This document shows, piece by piece, positions 35,954 to 45,761 of a DNA stretch of 64,000 nucleotides (the stretch's first letter is position 1; each line of letters begins with the position of its first letter). Below the pieces are notes generated by a model. That model saw nothing but the letters and a program-made list of their open reading frames with translations, ran no database searches and had not been told where the DNA came from. The DNA is from Christensenellaceae bacterium (GTDB taxonomy: Bacteria > Bacillota > Clostridia > Christensenellales > CAG-138): NCBI GenBank assembly GCA_031261085.1, contig JAISKB010000018.1, positions 14,409 through 78,408 of the forward strand. Direction: 5' to 3'. The position numbers were made by a program, and so were the translations under genes.

Positions 35954-36337
35954 ATGATCCTAGGTACCGGCATCGATATCATTGAGGTGGAGCGCACACA
36001 GCGCGCGGCGGCGAAGGCAGGCTTTGCCGAGCGCGTGTTTACCGTGGAGGAGCGCGCGCTGATTGCAAAGCGGCGCAACGACGCGCAAACCATCGCCGGC
36101 ATATTTGCGGCCAAGGAGGCTGTCGCCAAGGCGCTGGGGCGCGGCTTTTTTGGCGGGATGAGCTTCCAGGATGTGGAGATCCTGCACGAGCCCTCCGGCC
36201 GGCCGGTCGCGCGGCTGCGCGGCGCAGCGGCGGAACGCTTGCTGGAGCTAAACGCGACGCAGGTGTTTGTGAGCATTTCGCATATCAAGGCGGTGGCGGT
36301 GGCAAACGCCATCATAACCGATGGACAAGGTGTTTAG
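35954..36337 (+). CDS. acpS: holo-[acyl-carrier-protein] synthase
   Basis: 127 aa reading MILGTGIDIIEVERT...FAAKEAVAKALG...SISHIKAVAVA. Confidence 0.93.
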   Translation: MILGTGIDIIEVERTQRAAAKAGFAERVFTVEERALIAKRRNDAQTIAGIFAAKEAVAKALGRGFFGGMSFQDVEILHEPSGRPVARLRGAAAERLLELNATQVFVSISHIKAVAVANAIITDGQGV

Positions 36338-36343
36338 CGCGAT

Positions 36344-37195
36344 ATGTGTGAGTTGCTTACCCATGCGCGCGTCGCGGCGTGCTTAGGCGCCCGCAGGCGG
36401 GATAGCAATAAGGGGGATAACGGCAAGGGCTTGCTGCTGGCGGGCAGCGAGGGCTTGTTTGGCGCGGCGCTGATGAGTGCGGCGGCGTGCCTGCGCGGCG
36501 GCATCGGCACGCTTAAGGCGCTGTGCCCCACGGGCGCGCGCGCATACTTTGCCGCGCTGCCCGAAGCCATGCTGTTGGATGTGGGCGCAACCTGGACGGC
36601 TTGCGATAGGGCCATGGTGCGGGCGCACGTCAAAGAGGCTGATTGCATAGCGCTAGGCCCCGGCATGGGGCGGGAAGAAGCGGTGCAAGCCATACTGCTT
36701 GCGACGCTGGAGGCCGGCAAACCCACCGTGATAGATGCCGACGGGTTAAACGCGCTATCCGCCATGGCGGGGGAACGGCCGCCGCTGCACCCCAACGTGA
36801 TACTCACGCCGCATCCCAGGGAAATGCACCGTCTGTGCGGCGCGCCCGTTATGGAGATTGCGGCGGATCTGCCAGGCTATGCCGCGCGGTATGCAAGGGC
36901 ATGGGGCTGTACGGTGCTGCTCAAGGGCGCGCAAAGCGCTATAGCCGCGCCGGATGGACGAATTTGCCGCAATGCCACGGGCAACGCGGGGCTGGCCAAA
37001 GGCGGCAGCGGGGATGTGCTTACGGGCATTATACTGGCGCTGCTGGGGCAGGGGCTTTCCGCTTTTGACGCCGCGTGCGCGGGCAGCTACCTGCTGGGCG
37101 CGTCGGCGGAGGAAGCGCTTGCGCTGCTAAACGAGCGGGCGCTGCTGGCGCGGGATGTGATAGACGCCATCGCGCGCACGCTGCAATCATTTTAG
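36344..37195 (+). CDS. nnrD: ADP-dependent NAD(P)H-hydrate dehydratase (dehydratase domain only)
   Basis: KGDNGKGLLLAGS, HPREM and GGSGDVLTGII motifs are present. There is no N-terminal epimerase domain. Confidence 0.88.
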   Translation: MCELLTHARVAACLGARRRDSNKGDNGKGLLLAGSEGLFGAALMSAAACLRGGIGTLKALCPTGARAYFAALPEAMLLDVGATWTACDRAMVRAHVKEADCIALGPGMGREEAVQAILLATLEAGKPTVIDADGLNALSAMAGERPPLHPNVILTPHPREMHRLCGAPVMEIAADLPGYAARYARAWGCTVLLKGAQSAIAAPDGRICRNATGNAGLAKGGSGDVLTGIILALLGQGLSAFDAACAGSYLLGASAEEALALLNERALLARDVIDAIARTLQSF

Positions 37196-37240
37196 CCGGG
37201 GCCGCGATAAAGCCCCGCATATTTTATTGGGGAGACCGAT

Positions 37241-38398
37241 ATGTATCTGCTTAAAAACGCAACCGTATTTTCCGTGGCGCGCCCACCCTTTGTGGGGGAC
37301 GTGCTGATAGAGGGGAAAACCATACGCGAGGTGGGGGAAGCTATACTTTGCCCCGGCGCGCAAACGTTGGATGCAACGGGCCTATATGCAATGCCGGGCA
37401 TCGTGGATGCGCACGACCATATCGGCATGTGGGAGGATGGCATACAGGTCGAGGGGGACGACGGCAACGAGATGAGCGACCCCTGCACGCCGGAGCTTCG
37501 GGCTATAGACGCCATCAACCCGTTTGACCGCTGCTTCAAAGAAGCGCGCGAGGGCGGCATAACCACCTGCGTAACGGGCCCGGGCAGCGCCAACGTGCTG
37601 GGCGGGCAGTTCGCCGCGCTCAAAACATGGGGCAGCGGCGTGGACGCGATGCTGATAAAAGCGCCCATCGCCATGAAGGCCGCGCTGGGCGAAAACCCAA
37701 AGAGCGTATACAGCGGGCAAAAGGCCGCGCCGCAAACCCGCATGGCCACGGCGGCCATACTCCGCCGCGCCCTGCTCGAGGCGCAGGCATATGCCCTTAA
37801 GCTGCAGGCCGAAGAAGAAAGCGACAAGCCGGAGTTTGACATGGTGAAGGAAGCCATGCTGCCGGTGCTTTCGCGGGAGCTGCCGCTTAAAATACATGCC
37901 CACCGGGCGGACGATATACTCACCGCGCTGCGCATCGCAAAGGAATTCAACCTGCGCATCACGCTGGATCATTGTACCGAGGGGCATCTGATACCGGAGC
38001 ACATCAAGGCGGCGGCGGAAGCGGGCGCGGGCATCATACTGGGCCCCTTGCTGACCGACCGCAGTAAGGTGGAGCTGCGCAACCAAACCTTCGCCGCGCC
38101 CCGGCTTTTGCATGAGGCGGGCGTGGAATTTGCGCTTATGAGCGACCACCCGGTGATACCGGTGCAATATTTGCCCGTGGTGGCGGCGCTGGCCGTGCGG
38201 GATGGCTTGCCGGAGGAGATAGCGTTAAAGGCCATCACGCTGCACGCGGCGCGGGCGGTAGGGCTATCCGCGCGCATAGGCAGCCTCGAGCCGGGCAAGG
38301 ATGCCGACATCGCGGTATTTTCGGCGCATCCGTTCAGCTACTTGGCCAAATGCGTGCTCACGCTGATAGATGGGACAATCGTACATGACGCAAGATGA
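37241..38398 (+). CDS. metal-dependent amidohydrolase family protein (substrate unknown)
   Basis: N-terminal beta-sandwich followed by GIVDAHDHIG (HxH metal site), with a later ...HAHRADD... and DHC. 385 aa. Confidence 0.8.
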   Translation: MYLLKNATVFSVARPPFVGDVLIEGKTIREVGEAILCPGAQTLDATGLYAMPGIVDAHDHIGMWEDGIQVEGDDGNEMSDPCTPELRAIDAINPFDRCFKEAREGGITTCVTGPGSANVLGGQFAALKTWGSGVDAMLIKAPIAMKAALGENPKSVYSGQKAAPQTRMATAAILRRALLEAQAYALKLQAEEESDKPEFDMVKEAMLPVLSRELPLKIHAHRADDILTALRIAKEFNLRITLDHCTEGHLIPEHIKAAAEAGAGIILGPLLTDRSKVELRNQTFAAPRLLHEAGVEFALMSDHPVIPVQYLPVVAALAVRDGLPEEIALKAITLHAARAVGLSARIGSLEPGKDADIAVFSAHPFSYLAKCVLTLIDGTIVHDAR

Positions 38399-38981
38399 AA
38401 TCGCGCGGCAAAAAGCAACTTTGCGCAAAGAGGTGCGGCAGCGGCTCGCAAGCTTGAGCCAAGCCGAAATCGCCCGCCAATCCGCGCTGGCCTGCGAGCG
38501 GGTATGCGCGCTGATAGCATATCAATGCGCCGATACGATTTTGGCGTATAAGGCGCTGCCCCGCGAGTGCGACCCGGCGGGCATCGTGGAGCACGCGCGG
38601 CTGCGGGGCAAGCGTGTGGCGTTCCCGCTGTGCGGGCCGGGCAACACCCTGCGGCTGTACCTGCCGCTTGGCGGCGAGGGAGCGTTTGTGCGGGGCAAAT
38701 ATGGCATATGGGAGCCAAACCCGGCCAACTGTCAGGAAATCAGCCCGCTCGAGCTGAACCTGGTGTTGACGCCGCTGGTGGCGTTTGACGCGGCGTGCGC
38801 CCGCCTGGGGCAGGGCGGCGGCTATTATGACCGGCTTTTGCGCCAAACGACGGCGCAGCGCGTGGGCCTGGCGCTTGAAGAGCAACGGGTAGAAAGCATC
38901 CCCGTGGACGCCTATGATGTGCCGCTGCAGGCGGTGGTCACCGCCTCGGCGTGCTTTGCGCGGGGCGATATTTTGAAATAA
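38385..38981 (+). CDS. 5-formyltetrahydrofolate cyclo-ligase
   Basis: K..LR.EV...L at the N-terminus and the LGQGGGYYDRLL signature. The start overlaps the end of the amidohydrolase gene. Confidence 0.88.
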   Translation: MTQDEIARQKATLRKEVRQRLASLSQAEIARQSALACERVCALIAYQCADTILAYKALPRECDPAGIVEHARLRGKRVAFPLCGPGNTLRLYLPLGGEGAFVRGKYGIWEPNPANCQEISPLELNLVLTPLVAFDAACARLGQGGGYYDRLLRQTTAQRVGLALEEQRVESIPVDAYDVPLQAVVTASACFARGDILK

Positions 38982-39132
38982 TACGCTGGTTTTGTGAATA
39001 AATGGTATTTCAGCTTGTGTGCCGGTGGGAAATAATGCTACAATATATAGCAATAGGCAGCGAAGCTAAAAAATGGGTATACTTATTATTGCCCAAGCGA
39101 ATGCCTAAGCGAAAATACGGGTGGAGGAAACG

Positions 39133-39687
39133 GTGCGCATCATAGCCGGAAGCAAACGCGGGAGCCTCATTGCGGCGCCCAAGGGCATGGATACGCGGCC
39201 TACGCTAAGCAGGGTAAAAGAAAGCCTGTTTGGCATACTCCAATTCGGTATCCCGGGCAAGCGGGCGCTGGACTTATTTGCGGGCTCGGGGAGCCTGGGG
39301 CTGGAGGCACTTTCTCGCGGGGCGGCGCATGTTGTTTTTTGCGACAGCGCGCGCCAAGCGGCAGAGGTCGTGCGGGCCAACCTGCAAAAGCTTGGGTTTA
39401 CCGCGCGCGCGAGCGTGTATGCGTGCGATTATGCCGCGGCGCTTCGCACCATGGCCGCAAAGGGCGAAAGGGTGGATATCGCCTTTCTCGACCCGCCCTA
39501 TGCATCCGGCCTGGCCGAAAAGGCGCTGCATGCGCTTGCGCACAGCGGCTTGCTCCAAAGCGGCTATGTATTGGTGGTGGAACATGCGCCAAGCCTGCCG
39601 CCCGTCCTGCCGCAGGGCATGCGGGTGTGCGATACCCGCCGCTATGGCGAGGTGGCGCTTTCGTTTATACGGGAGGATGCACGATGA
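39133..39687 (+). CDS. rsmD: 16S rRNA (guanine966-N2)-methyltransferase
   Basis: (M)RIIAGSKRG..., TRPTLSRVKESLF, DLFAGSGSLGLEALSRGA and DPPY. I preferred the GTG at 39133, 5 nt after GGAGG. Confidence 0.9.
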   Translation: MRIIAGSKRGSLIAAPKGMDTRPTLSRVKESLFGILQFGIPGKRALDLFAGSGSLGLEALSRGAAHVVFCDSARQAAEVVRANLQKLGFTARASVYACDYAAALRTMAAKGERVDIAFLDPPYASGLAEKALHALAHSGLLQSGYVLVVEHAPSLPPVLPQGMRVCDTRRYGEVALSFIREDAR

Positions 39688-40172
39688 AGTCAGCGGTATA
39701 CGCGGGCACGTTCAGCCCGTTTACCATGGGGCACCTCGATATACTGTCCCGCGCCTGCGCGCTGTTTGACCGCGTGTATGTTGCGGTGCTGGCGAATGGC
39801 GAAAAGGCGCCTGTGTTCACGCTGGAGGAGCGGCGGGATATGATTGCCGCCTGCGCAAGGGCAGAGGGGTTAACAAATGTTGTTGCCGAAACCGGCGCCG
39901 GCCTGCTGGTAGAATATATGAAGGCCAAAGGCGCATGCACGGTGGTGCGCGGTTTGCGCGGCGCGGCCGACCTGGCCTACGAATCCCAGCTCGATTGCGC
40001 CAACCGGCACCTGCTGCCCGGGTTCGAAACGGTTTGCCTGCTTGCGAAGCCGGAGCTGAGCTTTTTGAGCTCGAGCGTGGTGCGGGAAATTGGCGCATAT
40101 GGCGGGGACCTGGATGGATTGGTGCCTGCCGCAATAAAAAATTTTATCGCAGAAAGGTTGATAACGCGATGA
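39684..40172 (+). CDS. coaD: phosphopantetheine adenylyltransferase
   Basis: AVYAGTFSPFTMGHLDI (T/HxGH motif). ATGA overlap with rsmD. The long ORF-track N-terminal extension was rejected. Confidence 0.94.
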   Translation: MKSAVYAGTFSPFTMGHLDILSRACALFDRVYVAVLANGEKAPVFTLEERRDMIAACARAEGLTNVVAETGAGLLVEYMKAKGACTVVRGLRGAADLAYESQLDCANRHLLPGFETVCLLAKPELSFLSSSVVREIGAYGGDLDGLVPAAIKNFIAERLITR

Positions 40173-40942
40173 GCAACATACAAAACTTAAAAATCTACGA
40201 CATCATCGAACAATTTGAAGATTTGGTGGAGAATAGCCCCAAGCCTAAGCTGGGCGGCAACGCGAATAAGCGCATCGTCGATGTCGAAGAAATATTCGAT
40301 CTGCTGGGCGATTTGAAGGCTACCATCCCGGAGGATATCCGCCGGGCCAACAGCGTGATTGCCGAGAGCCGCACCATGCTCGACAATGCCGAGGAGCACG
40401 CCCGCGATGTGGCGCAGGATGCCGAAAATCAGGCGGCGGCCATCGTGGCCAGCGCCAACGATAAATCCGCGCATATTTTAGAAAAAGCCAAGCTGGAATA
40501 TGAGCGGCTGATTTCTGAGGATGAAATATATCAAGAGGCGCAAAAACGCGCGCAGCTGCTGGCCATGAAGGCGGAATACAACGCCGGCGAGGTATATGAA
40601 AACGCAAAGACGTATGCCGACGACATATTATCCGACCTGGATCGCTTTTTGGGCGAATATAAGCGGCTGGTCGAGGTGAACCGGCGGGATCTTGACGCCC
40701 GCGCGCCCCGGCCCATCGCGCCGGCCCAGGCCGCGCCCGCCGTGCAAATCGTCCCCGCGCCCGCGGCGGCTCCGCAGGAACGCGCGCCCAAGGCGGCGCG
40801 CAAGCCGGTCGAAGAGGAGTATGACGATGAGGATGCCTTTGACGACGAAGAGGACGAACGCGGCGGCTTCCTGTTTGGCCTGTTCAAAAAGAAAAAGAAC
40901 TTCGACGAAGAGGATTTTGACGACGCCGGGTATGACGAATAG
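40169..40942 (+). CDS. coiled-coil protein with Pro/Ala linker and strongly acidic C-terminal tail, function unknown
   Basis: 257 aa. ATGA overlap with coaD. The helical N-terminal ~170 aa are rich in E/A/K/R. A PAPAQAAPA linker follows, then EEEYDDEDAFDDEEDE...FDEEDFDDAGYDE. Confidence 0.75.
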   Translation: MSNIQNLKIYDIIEQFEDLVENSPKPKLGGNANKRIVDVEEIFDLLGDLKATIPEDIRRANSVIAESRTMLDNAEEHARDVAQDAENQAAAIVASANDKSAHILEKAKLEYERLISEDEIYQEAQKRAQLLAMKAEYNAGEVYENAKTYADDILSDLDRFLGEYKRLVEVNRRDLDARAPRPIAPAQAAPAVQIVPAPAAAPQERAPKAARKPVEEEYDDEDAFDDEEDERGGFLFGLFKKKKNFDEEDFDDAGYDE

Positions 40943-40970
40943 CGGAACGCATATCGTGTATAGATAAAAC

Positions 40971-40997
40971 AAAAGCGGCTAAAAGCCGCTTTTTTTG
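40971..40997. terminator. bidirectional rho-independent terminator
   Basis: aaaAGCGGCT-aaa-AGCCGCTttttttt forms a 7-bp stem with an A-run and a T-run on the two sides. It lies between convergent genes. Confidence 0.85.
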
Positions 40998-41044
40998 TAG
41001 GATGAAGGTTTTTTATCCTGCCGGTAGGGTGAGGATTGGGGAAA

Positions 41045-41536
41045 TTACACGATTACACTCCACGCCGCAATCAGCTTTTCCAAATCCCACGCCGCGTTGG
41101 CGGGGCTGGTGGAGGGCAGCCGCAGTGCCTCCCGGTGGGTATGGGGCTGGCAATGGCGCGCATATAACGCGCGCGCCGCCGCGCCGTTTGTGTAAATTTG
41201 TTCGATGGGCGCCGCGCAAAGCAGCGCCGCGATGTCGTTGGCGATGATGTCCCGCAGCGAAGCATCGGATGAGCCGACGATGGTGCAGGAGGCGATCACA
41301 TCCCACAGCGCGATGTGCTGACCGAGCAGCAGCTGCCGCTTTTCGGGCAGGGTATCGGGCAGGGGCTGTGCGCATACGGCGCTGAGCACCTTCCAAAACC
41401 TGTTTTGCGGGTGCCCATAAAAGAAGCCCTGCTCCCGCGAGCGCACCGAAGGGAAGCTGCCCAAAATCAGCACGCGGGAGCCCGCGTCATACAGCGGGGG
41501 GATGGTGTGCACCTGACGGAGCGGCTGCGCGCCCAT
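41045..41536 (-). CDS. UDG-superfamily DNA glycosylase (DNA-deoxyinosine glycosylase-like)
   Basis: Matches the family pattern at ILGSFPSVRSREQGFFYGHPQNRFW, IALWDV and LPSTSPANA. Confidence 0.8.
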   Translation of the reverse strand: MGAQPLRQVHTIPPLYDAGSRVLILGSFPSVRSREQGFFYGHPQNRFWKVLSAVCAQPLPDTLPEKRQLLLGQHIALWDVIASCTIVGSSDASLRDIIANDIAALLCAAPIEQIYTNGAAARALYARHCQPHTHREALRLPSTSPANAAWDLEKLIAAWSVIV

Positions 41537-43128
41537 CAGTCGCGGTACATAAGGCGGCGCAGCTTGCGGCCGCCGGGGATATACTCGAGCTCCTCCCGGG
41601 TGAAAAACCGCAGATACACGGCGGCGATGGCATATACCAGCACGCCCGCCGCAACCGAAGCCAAGGTGGCCAGCGTGCCATGCCCTTGCCCCACAAGGAA
41701 GCCGCGCACCATAAACACCATAAAGCCCATCACGAGGCTGGAGAGCAGGGGCTTAAGCAGTACATCCCAAACGTTAAGCTCCAAATTGGCCTTGCGCGCA
41801 ATGTAAATGGTATCCGCAATGCCGGCGAAGGCGTAGCATACCACGGTAGAAACCGCCGCGCCCTGTATGTTGATATCCGGGATGTTCATGAGCACCAGCA
41901 GCGTGACCACCTTGAGCGCAAAGCCAATCAGCAGGTTGAATACCGGCACGTTGGGCTTGCCAAAGCCCTGAATTACGCCCGTCATGGCCTGCACCAGCGA
42001 AAGGAATATAACGCCTATGGAGGCGGTGCGCATCAGGTCGGCGGCCACGGCGAGGGAACCCTCGCTCAAATAGGGGTATAACATAGAAAGTATGGGTTCC
42101 GCCAGCACATACAGCCCCACCGCGCAGGGCAGGCCCACGATGATGGCAAACTTTAGCCCCAGCCGCGCCGCGCTCTGCATGCCGCCCCTATCCCGCTTGG
42201 CCATGCAGGCCGATATGGCGGGGACGAGGCTCATGGCCAGCGCCATGGTGAGCACGCCGGGCATGTTGGTGAGGGTGTTTACATTGGTGCGCAACAGCGA
42301 AAACGCCGTCTGCGCCATCTCTTTGGAGTAGCCGAGCTTAAGCAGTATGCGCAGTATCAGCGCGCTGTCCACCACGCCGGCCAGGGGGCTTATCGAAGCG
42401 CCTATGGTGATGGGCAGGGCGATGGCCAAAAGCTTGCGCGCCACGGGCTGTTCCTTCAGGTGCAGGCTCTGCTTTATGCGCGCCCGTATGCGGGGGAGCC
42501 GCCGCCGGTATTCCCACATCATATACAGCATGCCGAGCAGCTCGCTGATGGTCACGCCAATGAGCGCGCCCATGGCGGCATATTCCGGCCCCTTGGGCAG
42601 CAATGCATACGCGAGCGCGAGGCCCGCGGCCAGCTTGCCCAGCTGCTCCACGATTTGGGAAATCGCCGTGGGCGTCATCTGCTGCATACCCTGCAGGTAG
42701 CCGCGATAGGCGCTCATGACGGATACGAAAAACAGCGAGGGCGCCAGCGCGCGGAAGCAATTTGCCATTTCGGCCAGCTGGTGGAACTCGGCGATATAAT
42801 CCGACGCGAAAAACATGATGATGCCGGTGAACAGGCCTATGCCCAGCAGCACCTGCATCGCCGTGGAAAATACCTTGTGCGCGCCGCGATAATCGCCCAG
42901 CGTAGTGCGCTCGGATACCAGCTTGGATATGGCGGTAGGCAATCCGCTGGAGGATATGACCAGCAGCCAGGAATAATAGGGGTATGCCGTATCGTAATAA
43001 CTGGCGCCGATGCTGCCGATGGTATTGGCCAGAGGTATGCGGAACGCCGCGCCGATGATCTTAACGATAAGACCCGCAACGGCCAGTATGGCCGCGCCTT
43101 TTACGAATGAGGCCTTTTTCTTTTCCAT
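41536..43128 (-). CDS. MOP-superfamily flippase (MurJ/SpoVB-like lipid II or polysaccharide flippase)
   Basis: About 530 aa with roughly 14 predicted TM segments. N-terminal KGAAILAVAGLIVKIIGAAFRIPLANTIG. GGAG RBS at 43128. The stop shares 1 nt with the downstream glycosylase ATG. Confidence 0.8.
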   Translation of the reverse strand: MEKKKASFVKGAAILAVAGLIVKIIGAAFRIPLANTIGSIGASYYDTAYPYYSWLLVISSSGLPTAISKLVSERTTLGDYRGAHKVFSTAMQVLLGIGLFTGIIMFFASDYIAEFHQLAEMANCFRALAPSLFFVSVMSAYRGYLQGMQQMTPTAISQIVEQLGKLAAGLALAYALLPKGPEYAAMGALIGVTISELLGMLYMMWEYRRRLPRIRARIKQSLHLKEQPVARKLLAIALPITIGASISPLAGVVDSALILRILLKLGYSKEMAQTAFSLLRTNVNTLTNMPGVLTMALAMSLVPAISACMAKRDRGGMQSAARLGLKFAIIVGLPCAVGLYVLAEPILSMLYPYLSEGSLAVAADLMRTASIGVIFLSLVQAMTGVIQGFGKPNVPVFNLLIGFALKVVTLLVLMNIPDINIQGAAVSTVVCYAFAGIADTIYIARKANLELNVWDVLLKPLLSSLVMGFMVFMVRGFLVGQGHGTLATLASVAAGVLVYAIAAVYLRFFTREELEYIPGGRKLRRLMYRD

Positions 43129-43202
43129 TACAACTCCTGCATTGGGGCACATGCCCCCATAATCAATATCCACCATTATAACAGATTTATTCAAGAAGCG
43201 AT

Positions 43203-43243
43203 AAAAAAATAAGCGAACGGGCTGATACCAGTTGTCCGTTCGC
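43203..43243 (-). terminator. rho-independent terminator after ansA
   Basis: The minus strand reads GCGAACGG-15 nt-CCGUUCGC followed by UUAUUUUUUU. Confidence 0.8.
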
Positions 43244-43249
43244 GATATT

Positions 43250-44239
43250 TTATGGTATGGATATCTCCCCGCACAGGTTTTGCCGCATAAAAGCGCGTAT
43301 GCGCTCGGTATCCTTCGTTTGCCCCAAGCCCCACATCAGCTTGGTTACGGCGGCCTCGGTGGTCATATCTCCGGCGGAAATAACACCCGCCTCCTTCAGC
43401 GGGCGGCTCACCTCGTAGATATCCGGTGTGCTGGCCTCGTAAAGGCACTGGGAGGTGAGCACCACCGGGATGCCCTGCGCCATCAGCTGCTGCAGCGCCT
43501 CGGCATGGTCGCGGCGGAAGTTGGATACCCCGCCCAGGCCAAATGCTTCCACCACCACGCCCCGCATATGGCAATCGGCCAGCGCGGTAAGCTGGCGCGG
43601 GGTGGTGCCGGGTATAAGCTTCATAAGCGCCACGCGCGGGTCGATATCCGGGTAATATTGGAATGCGCCCGGCGCCTTCGTTTCGTTTGTTAGGTTGATG
43701 AATTTGCCCTCCATTATCGTGCCGATATAGGGGGCGTTGATGGATTCAAACGCGTTGAGGGAGGTGGTGCGGGTTTTTACCGCGCGGCAGCCGCGTATCA
43801 CGGCATTGCCAAAGGCGATATATATGCCGCCGGGCAGCGCCTGCGCCGCCGCAACGGCCCCGCTCAGGTTGGCCTTGCCATCGCTGTCCGGTCGGAGGAT
43901 GGGGTATTGCGCGCCGGTGAGCACCACGGGGATGGGTAGGTTTTGCAGCATAAACGTGAGCATGGAAGCGGTGTAGGCCATGGTATCGGTGCCGTGGGTG
44001 ATGACGATGCCGTCATATTGCGCCCCGCGCTCGAGTATGGCCTTGGCCATCAGCCGCCATTCCTCGGGCTGGATGTTGGAGCTATCCATATTGAACAGAT
44101 CGAGGCAGGCGATTTCGCCCTGCGGCGCGGGGGATAGATAGCTTAAAAGCTGCGTGGCGCTCAGCGAAGGAGCCAGTCCATCCGGCGAGGGTACGCAGGC
44201 GATGGTGCCGCCGGTGGCGATAAGAAGTATACGGGGCAT
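43250..44239 (-). CDS. ansA: L-asparaginase, type I
   Basis: ILLIATGGTIA active-site motif, HGTDTMAYTA, 329 aa. Confidence 0.92.
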   Translation of the reverse strand: MPRILLIATGGTIACVPSPDGLAPSLSATQLLSYLSPAPQGEIACLDLFNMDSSNIQPEEWRLMAKAILERGAQYDGIVITHGTDTMAYTASMLTFMLQNLPIPVVLTGAQYPILRPDSDGKANLSGAVAAAQALPGGIYIAFGNAVIRGCRAVKTRTTSLNAFESINAPYIGTIMEGKFINLTNETKAPGAFQYYPDIDPRVALMKLIPGTTPRQLTALADCHMRGVVVEAFGLGGVSNFRRDHAEALQQLMAQGIPVVLTSQCLYEASTPDIYEVSRPLKEAGVISAGDMTTEAAVTKLMWGLGQTKDTERIRAFMRQNLCGEISIP

Positions 44240-44385
44240 AAAAACCTCCTGTAGGGCATGCTGTAGTATTTGTTAAGGCGAAGCGACGCGGGTTTGGGCG
44301 CAATGCCTTGCGGCCCGGGCGAGATTGTGGTTTAATGCTAGTATACCATATTTATCCTACACAATTCTGTATGTCGGAGGAACTT

Positions 44386-45642
44386 ATGCAGCTTAATTAC
44401 AAGCGTACCATACTGGTTGGCCTGGCGTTTTTTTCCATATGCGCGTTTTGGCAGATGTATGACAACATCATACCGCTCATCCTAAAAAACACCTTTGGCC
44501 TGGGGGATACCATATCCGGCTTCATCATGTCGCTCGATAACATATTGGCGCTGTTTATGCTGCCGCTGTTTGGCGCGTTAAGCGATAAGGCGGGGCGGCG
44601 CATGCCGTTTGTGGTAGCAGGCACAGCGGCGGCGGTGGCGCTTTGTGTGCTTTTGCCCTTTGCGGATAGGCAGGCTTCACTGCCGCTGTTCATAGCCATA
44701 TTGGGGATGCTGCTCATCGCCATGAGCACCTACCGCTCGCCCGCGGTGGCGCTGATGCCGGATGTTACGCCCAAGCCCCTGCGTTCCAAGGCGAATGCCG
44801 TCATCAACCTGATGGGCGCGCTGGGCGGCGTGTACACGCTGCTGATGGTCACGCTGCTGGTAAAGCAGCCCGATAGCGGCTTGCCCAACTACCAGCCGCT
44901 GTTTATCGCGGTGGCCGGCATTATGGCCATATCGGTGCTGGCGCTGGGCTTGCGCCTGCACGAAAACAAGCTCCTCAAAGAAGGCGCAGATGAAACGGAG
45001 GAGATTGCCGAGCCAAGCGTAAAATTGCCCAGGGAGGTAAGGCGCAGCCTCGTGCTCATATTGGCTTCGGTGGCGCTGTGGTATATGGGCTATAACGCGG
45101 TGACGACGGCGTTTACCAAGTATGCCGAAGTGGTGTGGGGGCAGGGGGTAGGGCAGGCCAGCACCTGCCTGCTCATCGCCACGGTGGGCGCGGTGGTTTC
45201 GTATATCCCTATAGGCTTGCTCTCGAGCCGTATCGGCCGTAAAAAGACCGTGCTCATAGGCGTTGTTTTGCTCGCGGGTTCCTTTGCGGCCGGCGGGTGG
45301 CTGGCCAATCGGTTTAGCCCTGCGTTATATGGCTTGTTTGCGCTGGTGGGCTTCTCGTGGGCGGCAATCAACGTCAACAGCTACCCCATGGTGGTGGAAA
45401 TCAGCAAATACGGCTCGGTGGGCAAATATACCGGCTATTATTACACCTTCTCCATGGCCGCGCAAATCGTGACGCCCATACTCTCGGGCGCGCTGCTCGA
45501 ATATATCGGATACCATACACTGTTCCCCTATGCGGCCATCTGCGTGGCGCTGGCGCTGGGCACCATGGCCTGTACCCGCCATGGCGATAACAAGCCCCCG
45601 CGCCGCAGCAGCAAATTGGATGCGTATGAGGATATGGCATAA
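44386..45642 (+). CDS. MFS transporter (GPH/SLC45-like)
   Basis: 12-TM pattern and the LPLFGALSDKAGRR loop motif. The ATG at 44386 lies 5 nt after GGAGG. Confidence 0.8.
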   Translation: MQLNYKRTILVGLAFFSICAFWQMYDNIIPLILKNTFGLGDTISGFIMSLDNILALFMLPLFGALSDKAGRRMPFVVAGTAAAVALCVLLPFADRQASLPLFIAILGMLLIAMSTYRSPAVALMPDVTPKPLRSKANAVINLMGALGGVYTLLMVTLLVKQPDSGLPNYQPLFIAVAGIMAISVLALGLRLHENKLLKEGADETEEIAEPSVKLPREVRRSLVLILASVALWYMGYNAVTTAFTKYAEVVWGQGVGQASTCLLIATVGAVVSYIPIGLLSSRIGRKKTVLIGVVLLAGSFAAGGWLANRFSPALYGLFALVGFSWAAINVNSYPMVVEISKYGSVGKYTGYYYTFSMAAQIVTPILSGALLEYIGYHTLFPYAAICVALALGTMACTRHGDNKPPRRSSKLDAYEDMA

Positions 45643-45664
45643 GGGTTTTATCCACCCCCCCTAA

Positions 45665-45699
45665 CCCCCACCTGACTATCGGGCGGGGGACTTTTTATT
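45665..45699 (+). terminator. rho-independent terminator after the MFS gene
   Basis: CCCCCaCC-loop-GGgCGGGGG stem, then aCTTTTTATT. Confidence 0.65.
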
Positions 45700-45735
45700 G
45701 CGGTTGCTGGCTTGCACTCAGTTGCGCGCCGCAAC

Positions 45736-45761
45736 AAAAATCCCCTTCCAACGGGAAGGGG
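45736..45761 (-). terminator. rho-independent terminator after the VanW gene
   Basis: The minus strand reads CCCCUUCC-cguu-GGAAGGGG followed by AUUUUUGUU. Confidence 0.7.

Noticed and set aside
39339-40172. Long N-terminal extensions in the ORF track, for example a 277-aa version of coaD and extended versions of ispDF, yabN, TIGR01440, S4, proA and DUF4363.
   Set aside because: The conserved family N-termini begin at internal ATG/GTG codons that have Shine-Dalgarno sequences and often overlap the upstream stop codon. The extensions overlap upstream genes and are low-complexity.
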